From contig QPGO01000002.1 in the NCBI GenBank assembly GCA_008632985.1, forward strand, positions 806,001 through 870,000: DNA of 64,000 nt. The letters are read 5' to 3'. Shown piece after piece: positions 37,901-50,072 of this stretch. The notes under the pieces are model-generated. The model was not told the DNA's origin. It did not search any database and saw only the letters and a program-made list of their open reading frames with translations. Both the position numbers and the translations under genes were made by a program. Every line of letters starts with the position of its first letter. Positions within the stretch are counted from its first letter, which is position 1. The DNA is from Psammoneis japonica. Its lineage: Eukaryota.

Positions 37901-38432
37901 GGGTCAGAAACTGTGGGTTGAGATGGTCGCCCTCATTGTAAAATTCCCCACTCGGGTGTTGTGGCGATGGCGACCCGGGCAGCTTATAGTCGATGATGTG
38001 CCCAATGGACCGCCGCAGGCCTCCATCAAAGACCGGAGCAGGAACCCCCCGCCAGAAGAGTGCAGTCCGAAAGGAAGTGACACCGCCCACCACCGCATGT
38101 GTAATGTCCCGCCGCTGTAACTGGTTTAAACCTAGAAGACTGCGACGCGAAAATGCTCCCACAGGGATCATGATCAAAGATCCCGACCGCATTGTATGAG
38201 CTGCGGACTCAAGGAACGAAGGTGGCCCCGACACGAATACAACATCAACCCGCCTGGTCAGTTGTTCAACACTTGCCCATGAGACCCATGCCAAGGAGGC
38301 ATTCAATTGGTTCCGAAACAGTTCCACTGATAGAGAACCCCAGTGGGAGTCGTCGCAGCAGCAATGAACAGCAGGCCATTCCTTTGGTCGCAAGGACAAG
38401 AGCCAGATTGGGGGACCGGAGGCGAGAATCAA
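34674..38432 (-). CDS. Reverse transcriptase / RNase H polyprotein of the retroelement
   Basis: RT motifs RMVYDGT..GLN, DLDLGDMFLNF and TFVDDLR. RNase H motifs GFGDASGKG, SSNWKEL, FTDNS and HVSG.RM..QGTDGVSRG. Confidence 0.9.
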   Translation of the reverse strand: MILASGPPIWLLSLRPKEWPAVHCCCDDSHWGSLSVELFRNQLNASLAWVSWASVEQLTRRVDVVFVSGPPSFLESAAHTMRSGSLIMIPVGAFSRRSLLGLNQLQRRDITHAVVGGVTSFRTALFWRGVPAPVFDGGLRRSIGHIIDYKLPGSPSPQHPSGEFYNEGDHLNPQFLTRPVVHPSHRSPTGWVTRTLSVDETLAAWDFPLCFRTPQVHQAFERGFPLVPLNLLTLFVEVFVDHTPRNSSQPGGMVCDNTEVGVPVCQAGTWLPTLGRYLPHTWIDASLMTAKAAKGDAAAPPFRLWDERITLIFPGSGEALPALRDLAHRWWRQKTLQSFLGHLRWECGPTWVAMLATQRRRFGDATGRLQGGVCRHPPLPPLLLDAHLGTEVSAQVLDSSWWSWDRGSSLLFWRWPTPEQRVGARDGIQTFVKGPLPRNRRRQRIRGSEHEILRMVDKIQKVRDQGCVHRGRVVSPTDCFWVPKTVRVEPQNGRLVEIVEDVRMVYDGTSSGLNDALWAPSFFLPTPVSVLGCMTRAAFSVDLDLGDMFLNFFMDPNIRPCAGIDLTPLKPCLGSQELISTGTPWFECWNRLFVGMWPSPCLVVRAFYWADEIARGDPNRLSNVMGCDKLLLNLPGDPNFQTEKPFVMKWNSRRKEIAGDIKTFVDDLRGMGANEESAWQVAHQMASRLQHLGLQNAARKVRPPSQVETGAWAGAIFRVVDGDVAQSVSQAKWDKAKGVIAELLGFYAGRPGGFLPTFDFEDLEWKRGFPVHLAMTHPFLTPFLEGIHLTLDSWRPNRKKDGWAMTAKEFASWIHHLAEKQGLDPSEVAEGLRDQPPPPQVTAVPRLFMDLTAMSRVTESPTPSAVVIRSSKIVTVLHGFGDASGKGLGTSLEAADGTIVFRIGVWGDDDLGNSSNWKELSNTVDAIQELGEQGELTGACLFFFTDNSVAETAWHKGTSTSPLLLEQVICLKSLEAKCGIGLCLVHVSGVRMTAQGTDGVSRGVLTEGVMNGAKMLSFVPLHLGATTRSAALFAWVQSWAGTPAPELLTPLDWHQKGHDIAGWSHPACKAVEMPHFRSGTWVWAPPPAAARAALEELRIARIKRQTSFHVFICPRLMTPEWQKQLHKAADLVFAVPAGSRPFWPGDMFEPLPTGLLFCSSPAALGSFGEPRKCVQWSGPCVECGRMLRWTKGVFCANFVHRVGIWPACRKAWCPGCHTSRESVTFHLGGTLEDDPQNDNAQSLGGGLPKAGR

Positions 38433-38543
38433 GCAAGATCCTTGAAAACAGAAGGCCTTTCTGCCCCGTATGATGTGCCTTAGGTCATTCGGCCTATCGA
38501 ACGAGACCTGGCCCTCCCCCGTATCCTCCGTTCCCCATGAATT

Positions 38544-41008
38544 TCACTTCTTGCTCTCCAGAGCCTTAAGCCGACGAGTCAGGTCCTTAATTTCCGTTCG
38601 CAATTTGCCCAGCTCGACGTGCGCCGAGTCGCCTCGGGCCTGGGCTGACTTAGCCTCTGAGCTAGCGTTCTTGGCTTTCTCCGTTAGCATCAGCACCGAA
38701 GATTGCAAATCAGTTGCCACCTCGAATCCCGAGTTTGTAGCCAGAAACTTGACGCATTCCGACACCATAGAAGGGTGGTCGGTAAATCCTAGAGAGGTGT
38801 GCTCTGCCATGACATCGTGGGTCCGAAACACCGCCCACAAAATCTTGCTGCACACTGCATCTGGGTCCGTCCCGGAAATGGAGGTAAAAACCCCGGAGCG
38901 CGCCTTGTGGATGTCCTCGAAAATGCGGTGAGTCAATTTAGTCGTCAAGGACCACGCTTGCTTCTTGGAGAACTTGCTCAGGTCGGTGAGTGATGCACAA
39001 GTAGAGTCCATAAACTGAATTAGCGCCCAAAGAAATGCCACCGATTTCGACAATGCGTCCCGGACCACCTGACTTTCAAATGTTCCCGGTCTGATGCGTT
39101 GGTTAATGTCTTCCATGATGTCGCTCTCCGTTGTGGCGATCTTCCCCTCGATGAAGTGCTTTGTTCCGACATTCCCCGAAGACCAGTGTTCGTGGGTCTC
39201 GATTTTATCCAAGTGAGAGGGGTGCAAACCCAAGGTCTGAGACGACTTCGCAGATCCTGAGTCGAAGATCCGAGGCATGCGATGCTGGAAACCCGCCAGA
39301 GTTCGCGCGTCTTCCTCGGCAGCGACATTCATGCTCATTCGCTTGGCCCACTGAGATAAAAAGTGATGCAGAGCGGTGGGCTCAATCCCCTTAATTTGGT
39401 CCAAGAGCAAGACGACATCAGTTAAGCACCTGCATGCCCTCGAGGGGAAATGCTGTGTCATCCAGGCTTGACACTCCTCGTAGGATGACATGCCAACCCC
39501 CGAGAACTCAATGGCAGACTTGTCTGACTTTGCACGCAACTCACTCACAGCGCGGTCCAGGCGTGTGACCCTTGCTTCCACGGACCCTTGATCGAATGAA
39601 GCGCCGTGAGGTGCAAACCCCGAACCAAACTGGGACTCGATCGACCTGACCTTTGAAGTGAGCTGTGTGCACACACCCGAAGCATGTCATTCTTCAGGTT
39701 TTCCAGATCCGTGCGGCTGGCCGTCAATCCCATCCGATCTTGCATGTGTTGGAACTTCTCATTGAAAGTTCTCACCAGATTGTTAGATTGGTTTCGCCAC
39801 CCCGTCTCCACTTGTGTGACACGCTCGACTGGGTCCGGAGATTGGGTTCCGGCTTCCCGGGATGCAACGTTCGCCAGCGTGCCCCAAAGAGCAGGGGCAA
39901 GAAGAGCCTCATCAAACCCCTGGGTCGGTTCCCCGACAGACGCGTCGAGCTGATCCAGCTTCCGGCTTAGAATCTCAATCATGGACTCCGCAGCGTGGAA
40001 TCGCCTGCCAGCTTTGTCGCCAAAGTCGGCCAGTGCTTCCCCGGCTTGCCTCAACCCATCCTCGGACAACTGGACCACACGGGCCAACGCGGACGGACTT
40101 TTGTTTGCCGCCAGGAACTGCACCGGGGTGGAGAGCATTCGTTTCTCGTACGGCGTGAACCCCTCCAGCACGGTGTCCTCTTGAAGGGTTGACGGTTCCG
40201 GCCACTGCTTCCGAGCCGGTGTCTTGAACTCGGCCGCCCTTTCACACTCCATCAGGGCGGGTTCGACCTCGTCCTCGGTGGAAACAGGTTCGCCATTGCC
40301 CAGCACCAAGAATTTCTGCCGCCAACTGGCTGGTGCATCCGACTCGGCTTCCCACTTGACCAACACTCCACCAGACATGTTCCCGCTGCTTGGGATGGGT
40401 TGACAAAAACCCGTGTCCAGGGACTTGAGGATTGCTGCCATGCCCGACGCCGGAACACTCATCTTGCTGCCCTTGTGCCTCACATTACACTCGCTTGCCT
40501 TCTTGAGACAGAAGGTGGCTCCTCCGCCCTTGATCCCCAAGCACCGGGGTGCCCCAACAGCCTCCAGCCAGGTGATTCGACAACGAGGCACATGCGAGGA
40601 CGAAGAAGACGTGCCTTCCCTCTCCGACTCGACCGTGCCTCCGATGTCACCTGATGAATCCTGCCCAAAGAAACCAACCCGAGACGAGCGGGTTTCCCTC
40701 TGAACCGGGTGGGATGCGTCTCCTTCCAAAACGTGAGTTCCTGGAGGGTGGGAAATGACTTCCCCTGACTCCGCCCTGTCAATGTCCGACTGGGGATGAC
40801 CATAACCCCCCGAAATGTCATCGCTCATGCCTCGAGGATTTAAGCCCTCGTGACCCCCCCCCTGACGTGCAGCCCCAGAGGGGCGAGCCTGAGGAGAGGG
40901 AGCCGCCGGAGAGCTCGACGAGAAAGGCGAGACAACATCCGACTCCAGTTGACGAGCTGAATCAACGAACGCATCATCCGAGATGCCCGAGGCGAAGAAA
41001 TCCGACAT
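38544..41008 (-). CDS. ORF1 (gag-like, coiled-coil, Cys/His cluster) of the retroelement
   Basis: ORFs 39545-41062 and 38544-39674 are joined by a frameshift near 39670. It has a C-x9-C-x6-C-x3-H cluster and a coiled-coil C-terminus, and lies upstream of RT. Confidence 0.7.
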
Positions 41009-41020
41009 GATGAGGGAGAC

Positions 41021-41268
41021 TAAAAAGAAGAATGCTTTTCCAAGCTTGAGTGATCCAGTCACGATGATCAGGGTTCCTGTTCCAACAAAGCTGGAAAAGT
41101 GAGAGAAAAGAAAACCGAAGTTTGACCGGTCACAGTCAGAAGACTAGACCGAGTCATCTTGAGTCGGAAGTACCCTACTTCCGTCGCGGATCCAGCGAGA
41201 GGTCATAGTCATCGAGCGAGGTCGGTTTGAGTCAGTCCGTCTCCATCTAAACTTGGGTACGAGGAGGA
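41021..41268. repeat. Split direct repeat A1
   Basis: Aligns to 32568-32815. Confidence 0.95.
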
Positions 41269-41755
41269 GTTCAATTTGCAGACGTCTTAGCTCGTGACTC
41301 GTGATGCGAATTTCGATGACCGACTGGGTGTCTGTGGCTACGTAAAGTAGTGTAATAAGTCATACGTAGAATTCTTTTTGTTCTTTTGCAAATGACTTAT
41401 GGTTTGAAGGGCAGTTCACTACTATGTGTTGAGTCATTTTGTCCTTGATAATGAAGTGCCGCAATAAATGTTTCTTGGTTCGCGATCTTTGCATCCGCGA
41501 TCTTGCCGGGATCCATCGGACGAGTGCGCTTTGAAAGGACCACAATGAAACAGCAAACACACCAAAACGTGAGTTAGATGGGATAAATGATTCGTCTCTC
41601 CTCGATAGTTATCTATGTTTGCTTTACTTGCTATTCTCTTCGGTTGTCGCGTGTTGTGTAGCTTTCGTGTGGAATTACACATAGTCTTGTCTCATCATTA
41701 ACCTTCTTTTACTGCTGTATTCTCTGTGGAAAAGAAACGGGGAACGAAGAAGAAG

Positions 41756-43826
41756 ATGATAAAGGTTCTCAATCTTCACTTTCTCGGCGCCGTTGTATGC
41801 GCGTCGATGCTGAAAGCACGACCAGCAATGGCGGAGTTTGAGAAGAATTGCGGCAAAAAAGGTAAAGAGCCCTGCGGCATTTACACTTTTCAAGATATCT
41901 TGAAGATCGAAACGAATGGACTCAACAGGCATTACATATTGATGAATGAAATTGATGCCAAAGCTTCCAAGGAAAGGTACGTGCCTATTGGAAGTTCAGC
42001 TTCCGGTGGCTTCACTGGAATCTTTGATGGCAATGGGTATCCGATAAAAAACTTGAAGATTGAGCGAGAGGAGGATAAGGATGGTGACAAAGCATCCTAT
42101 CTGGGTTTTTTTGAAAGTATTGGGGACAATGCCGTTGTGCGAAATGTTGTTCTTGAAAGCCCCTATATAGTAGGTGAAACTAGCCTTGGGACACTTGCTA
42201 GTGATATTGGAGGAAATCAGATAAAGATCGAGAATATCCGTGTTATCAACCCTTTTGTGAAGGGATATACATTTGTTGGAGGCCTTGCTGGAATTATATC
42301 TACCGGAGGGGGTCAGGGGTTAGAATTCGAAACGTGATGGTTGATAACCCATACATAGAAGGTGGCTCTACCGTTGGTGCGCTGGTTGGTTGGGCATATC
42401 ATCCAGGCCTTCTAATCTCATGCTGCCATGCCCGCGGTGGAAGCGTCAAAGTAACGGAAGATCTTGCCGGTGGTCTGGTGGGAGAACTAGAAGATGGTAG
42501 AATAGAAGAATGCAGTGCTCAAGGAGTGAACGTAATGGGGAATGGGACTGCAGAATATGGTGCTGGCTTGGTAGGGAACGTCGGACTCGTCTATGTTGAG
42601 TCAGACATTCTCAATAGCTATGCAACGGGAAACGTCACTGATTTTTTAACTGCTGGTGGACTGGTGGGATTAATGTCTGATGATCGCCATTTATTGTCGA
42701 ATTGCTACGCGCGAGGTGACGTTAATGTGACCAAATACGATGGCGGCGGGCTCATCGGCGAAATGCAGGGTTCCGACGTAAAGAACTGTTTTGCGACCGG
42801 CACAGTATCGGGACGTGGGGGTGGCCTGATAGGCTCTGCTTACATTGATGAATATAGTTATTATTCTGATGAGGAACTCATCCAGAACAACTACGCCGTG
42901 ATGAGTCCGGCGGTTGGCGATAATCAATTTACGGGAGCCACGGTTGTCAGTGAGGGGGCTGATTACTTCCTCAACGATCAGAACCAGCCAATGGTAGGCT
43001 GGGATCGTGACATTTGGACATTTGAGGCAGGTAAATATCCAGAGCTTGCCTGTTTACTAGAGGTCGACGCTGGAGGACCCTACGAAGGGAAAGTAGGCGA
43101 ATCCATATCTCTTGATGGAGCCTCTGCCTTTAGTGGGGCCACGAAATACAAATGGTCCATTAACAGTGACCAATGCTCATTCATCGATGATAAAGTCCTA
43201 AAACCGTCCTCAAATGCAGCGGCTCGTTCACGAAGAACCCTGCTCTTGTCAAGGCCTGTGTGAAGGTCACTGGTGAGGATCAATTTGTGTTCCGAGATTG
43301 CGCGACGGTGTCCATCAGCACAGCCTCGCCCGGACCGTTTCCAAAGTCGTTTCGCAAAGACGTTTCCTGTCGCTACACGTGGTGTCTTGCACGGCTGTTG
43401 AAGAAGTATGGTCGGCGAACGGAGTTTCCGGGGGCACAAGTTGCTTTCGACAGCTATAATCGCAAGGTGAACAAGTCCAGGACTCTCATCAATGAGAAAG
43501 GACAAGTTCGTGGCTCCCTCTTCCAACTTAAGAAAGCCCTAATATCTCTCGAGCAGCTCAAAATGCCTTATCCTGGATATTATAATGATGCGGGTCGGTT
43601 TGCAAGTACCTGTGCTATCAACCTTGTTGAGAGCTTCATCCAAAGCTTCAAAGGGGAGGGAATACTTAATGAGGGATTTATCAAAAAAGTACGCAACTCG
43701 AGGTTAGCCGCTGCAAAGGCAAAGAGGAAATCGAAACAGTGGAGGCAGAGTGTCATCGAGTGTGAAGGAGCGATTTGGGCCCTGATGAAGAAACTGCGTG
43801 AAACGTCGGTGCCCGTATGTTCGTAG
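41756..43826 (+). CDS. Secreted GLUG-repeat protein with a PKD-like segment
   Basis: N-terminal signal-like peptide, FTGIFDGNGYPIKNL, repeated VGGLAG/VGALVG/AGGLVG..SYATGNV units and VDAGGPY. No introns seen. Frameshifts near 42330 and 43210. Confidence 0.75.
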
Positions 43827-43949
43827 TTTGCGCAATCGCTGAAAGTGTAGATGAGTGTATGATGTGTTCTATTCATAAATTAAGCTGCTTATTGATTACA
43901 GGTGTTGATTTGTACGTCAGGACTGCTTGGTGTAGAGATTGAAAAAAAG

Positions 43950-44800
43950 TGATGATGGCTAACACTTTCAACTTTTGATCATCAAGAGAGCAGACACGAC
44001 AAAGTCTTCCTTGCTCCAAGAGCACCCATGGCACCATCTTTGGCTTTCAATTGGTCTGCTCATTTCCGTTTGAGTTTGTGAGCTTAGTACAACCTGTGGG
44101 CACGAACGATGGATGCCCCCAGCAGAATTCGTGTCGAGTTTTATGTGAATGACACCGTCGGCTCTCTTTGATGAAGCATTAAAACAAGTCACATGCAACT
44201 GGTCAAGAAGATGATTCTCCCCATTTTCATGGCACAGGCAAAGACAGCACTGTAAAGGAACTGATGCAATGTTGCCACGAGTGAAAAGCAAATGTGGGTG
44301 GAGGAAATGGGGTTTTTCTGCGACTTTTGCTGATGCCAGGAGCTGCGATCCCCCAGCATGCCCTTGCCACAATTGTTGCATCAGGAAGAAACTGTGATGC
44401 AATGCCCAGAGGAGGATTTGGAGTCAGTGTCCTGGTGCAAGACAGCTGATTTGCATGCTCATCACAAGCTGAGTTTGCCAGACAGCACGCCACATTTTTT
44501 CTCTTTGCGGAGGGGGGCAAAATGAGATGTGTGCAAGAGCTGCTCTTTTTGGCTGCTCATCATGATGAACTGCACTCATTTTTGAACATTGTGCCATTTG
44601 CTGTTGTGTTGCTTTCATGAGTTGGTGCAGCAAGGAAAGTGTGGCTGGTTGTGGAGCGGGGGTTTGGCGAGCTCTTGTGGAGCTGGGTCTTCTTGGCTGG
44701 CCAGAGGAAACCCTGCAGCTGGTGAGAGAAGTTTCTTTTGTGCAAAGAAAGCAAAGGAATTGTCGCAGTGTCAAATTAGCATGCCACACTTTTGATGTAG
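43950..44800. pseudogene. TpA-depleted degenerate tract of unidentified origin
   Basis: Low TA, TG/CA excess and spurious Cys/His-rich ORFs. Confidence 0.45.
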
Positions 44801-45226
44801 TAAATGGAATGCATGGCCACTCTAGAGGATTTGATTGCGATGTTTGTTGGTCTAGAGTCAGTTGTTGGCTAGTTGGTTAGCGGTCGGTTGTTGGCAACTG
44901 TTTCTAAAGTCTACCCGCCCGATTTGGATCACTTGTCACGAGCTCAATGCAATGGAACGAGCTCGGACCACGTCACATCGATCATTCCTTTGTACATGAG
45001 CACGAATATTACATAAAGCTGAAAAAAGCCCGCGAAACTTGCCGAGCACGCCGCAATAAGATTCCACAAGAATCCTGCCGAAATCAACACCTCCAACACA
45101 GCTTGCATGATTCATTCACTCACTTTGACTGCGTCTGAGACCATCTTCGTTGATCTCCTTCTCTGTGATTGTGTTGCTTCGTTTGTTTAGCTTGGTATAT
45201 ACAATTTTGATCCAATAGTTGAAATC

Positions 45227-46617
45227 ATGGCCATGTCTTCCGCTCTTCGGTTGGGAGTAGTAGTACGTCGCGGTGGGACCACCATGACCTCATCTCTAGC
45301 GTCTCGGCCCTTGTTGACTGCTACATCTCCCACCACAACTTTCACAACTCCCATGGCTGTTTTAGCACCACGAATGCTTTCGTACTCTCTTGATTCTTCT
45401 CGCGGTGGAGGCGGAGGTACAGGCAGTATGGATGTATACAACTGGCCCCTCTCCAAGGTCAATACAGTTTTGAACATTGTTCCTCAGGGAGAACGTCACG
45501 TGGTGGAGCGACTGGGAAAACTGCATTCGATTCAAGATTCGGGATGGTTTCTTGCGATTCCCTTTTTGGATCATATTTCGTATATTATCGATGTGCGTGA
45601 ACGGGCCATGGATATCGCACCGCAAGCGGCAATCACACGAGACAATGTCTCTGTGGAAGTTTCGGGTAATTTGTTTGTGCGCTTTATCGATGCCGAAAAG
45701 GCTGCTTATGGGGCGAGGAATCCTCTCTATGCCATGACTCAGGTATGTTGTGACTTGTAGAGAATCAATAGGTGCATCTCTTTTCTTTGCTTTTTCTTAC
45801 TCTCTGCTTTGTTCATTTAAAGCACGCTCAATCCGCCATGAGGTCGGCTATTGGTGAGATGGAACTGGATGAAATATTGCACGGCCGGGCTCGATTAAAT
45901 GCTCTCATCAAGGGCACTCTCCAAGAAGCGGGTGTTCCTTGGGGACTCGAGGTGCGACGCTATGAAATCACAGAAATCACACCCGATCCACAGATTCGCA
46001 TCGCCATGGACAAGCAGGCTGCCGCCGAACGTGACCGTCGTGAACAAGTGCTCCGGGCAGAGGGTGACAAGAAACGTGCCGAACTAACTTCCGAGGGAGT
46101 CAAGATTGCGTTATCCAACGAGTCAGAGGGTACGCTCATCAAGGTGACAAACGAAGCCAACGCCACCAAGACGAAACTGCTACGAGAAGCCGAGGGTCAA
46201 GCAGAAGCGGTGCGGCTCTTGGCCAAGGCACAGGCGGATGCCCTAAAGGAGATTTCGGCGCAGTTACAAAAGCCAAACGGAATGGATGCGGCACATTTGG
46301 CCTTGGCTAGGGAATATGTAAGCATGTATGGTGAAATGGGACGTGAGAGCAATACCATGATTTTCAATGATCGACCTGCCGATGTGTCTTCACTCATGGC
46401 ACAAGCTGTGACGGCAATGAAGGCTGTGTCCAATAGTGATATGGGTGGAGCAAGTAAGAAGCTTTTGGATGCTGCCATTTCGGGAGAAGCAGGCGACACG
46501 AAGAATGTTGATCACGACATGCATCACGATATGACTGAAGCCACCACTGCGGTATCAACCGACGATACCCATCACGACATGACACAAGACACTACAGAGG
46601 CGAGCAAGAAGGAGTAG
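45227..46617 (+). CDS. Stomatin-like protein 2 (SPFH/band 7), mitochondrial
   Basis: IVPQGERHVVERLGK, AITRDNV, AQSAMRSAIG, WGLEVRRYEI and QAAAERDRR motifs. Presequence-like N-terminus. Intron at 45743-45822. Confidence 0.92.
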
Positions 46618-46847
46618 TATGGCCATTGGCTATTGTTGTGGCTGGTTGTTTAGTTTGGAAACTTTTTGTATTGAAAAGATCGTCTCTTCATGGTGGCGGC
46701 ATCCAACAGAAACAGCTAAAACACGAATGTTATTCTAGGCAATAACAACGCATGTTTATAATAAGTTAGCTTGTGGACATTCGTACCTGGTCATGGTATG
46801 TTTTCCTCTTGTATTGATTCTCGGCTTGAGCAAAGCAACCCTACATC

Positions 46848-48015
46848 TCACATTTCGTTCCGTCTCACTCGATCCGAGTAATAGTACGGACGCCTGTTGG
46901 ATTGAGCTTGACGCTTCCACTCTACAGCATTATCCCATTCCTCGTGTACCGACTTGTAAAGTTCCATGGCGCATCTAGCGTCCTCGATAGAGTCGTGCTC
47001 GTCTCCCTGGATCTAATGCCCAAATGCGTCGTTGCCAACTCGGATAGCTTTTTCGCACGCAGATAGTACTGTTCTCCAAAGAACCTGGTTCCGGCACAAG
47101 TCCTCATGAATGGCTCGTACTTGGCAGTATCACGAGTCCACTGCCACGGATGGGTCAGTCGAAGGACCTTCAAATCGTTTTCGAGCCCGTGTCCCACCAA
47201 GATTTTGCCTTGTAGCAATTGATGCACGAGATATCGGCACCGTCCGAAATCCATAGCATCCGACGACTCCAAATCACCTGGACGAATACCCGAAACAAAG
47301 GTCCGGTAATCGGTAACGGGTTCCAGGACCTTGACAAAGGTATCCAAAAGCACATGCCTGTCCCAGTTGACCAGTGACACGCGTGCCAATACCGATCGCT
47401 TTCCCATGGGCCCAACGCCCACCATTTCACAATCCATGGCAACATATCTCTGTCGATGTTCATGAGGGTTGTGGCGAAAGTGAAGTGCTGCATTCATCAT
47501 GGACCAATGCTGCTGAAGCGCCACGGGTACAGACGGACGTACTCGAGATTGGGAGGGATGAAACACATGTCCGGTAGGCCTGTAAGAAAATCATCAACGA
47601 AAGAATTACACAGCCTTTGTTAGCACATATGATCGACGAGGAAGCTCAAGAGACAGTACACACAAGACAAATTGTTCTTACCCGTATGGAACAATCTGTT
47701 TTGGATTGCTCGGTACCTACGCCTGCGACGTCGGCGCTTCTTCTTTTCATCGGGAAACGTGCTGTTGTTGTCCATTGGCGTGTCGGTCGCCGCCGGTTCT
47801 TCGGATGATTCGTCAGACTCCATATCAGTTTTATCGTCCACTTTCCAGGAGACTGCGATAGGGTAGGGTTTCGTTGGTATTGCTTTAGATTGAGGTGGAG
47901 AAACAAAATGAGAAAATGATTGCATATCTGCCAACAACACGAGACCACACACAAGACAAGCTAGACAACGGGAGCACTTACCATTGTAGAAGACGACGGA
48001 GACAAGCCTTGCCAT
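46848..48015 (-). CDS. DEDDh exonuclease, REX4/ISG20-like
   Basis: YVAMDCEMVGVG, ILVGHGLENDL and, after a frameshift near 47010, HDSIEDARCAMELY. Two short upstream exons are approximate. Confidence 0.85.
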
Positions 48016-48324
48016 TCGCAATCGCTGTCCACCTCGTTGCCTTTCTTTGTTTATAATGAGCGTTCCTCTCTCGTACCGCTAGCGCCAACCGTGAAACAGA
48101 ATCCAAACGATCATTTTGAACGACGTGAATTTCAAAAAAGTTTTTGAAAAAAAAAGTGAGGCGGGACGGACGCCGCCTTACGAACTCGTTTTTATCCGAG
48201 CTCGAAAATGATCCTTCACTGATGACGGACGGGCAATGAGTTGCCGTGAAGTGTATGTGATGTTTGGCTCATGTCTCATGTTGTGACAAGTGACAATGAA
48301 CGCAGGTCGTTTATTGCATAGACC

Positions 48325-49748
<1,424 letters not shown>

Positions 49749-50072
49749 CATGAATAAGAAAAACCGTATACCTGTATCAGTATAGACATTGGCGGGCCTC
49801 TTTAGTGTTTGGTACTCTACCGCACCGGTAGAATTGTAAGACAGGCTTTTTGGTGGTAAAACACTAGTCGTTAATCGTAACCAGGACAAGACGGATAATG
49901 AATCTAGAGTGATGGTATTTGCATCCAATATTTCTCAACAAATTACAATAAGATTACTAGCATGCATTAACACAGCACACTACAAGCTACTTCGAGTTAC
50001 AAATGGGCGACACAAGAGTCAGTGCTTTGACACGAGCAATCGCTCGCGTAAGCGTTTGCTCATCACAATGGA

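Larger units (their letters stand above)
32100..41268 (-). mobile_element. Tyrosine-recombinase retrotransposon (DIRS order, Ngaro/PAT-type split direct repeats), near full length
   Basis: Minus-strand order is A1(41021-41268) - gag-like - RT/RNaseH - YR - B1(32813-33263) - A2(32568-32815) - B2(32100-32550). Confidence 0.92.

Noticed and set aside
32100..41268. Ordinary LTR retrotransposon or assembly duplication
   Set aside because: There is no integrase, a tyrosine recombinase is present, and the A-B-A-B repeat order is typical of split direct repeats.
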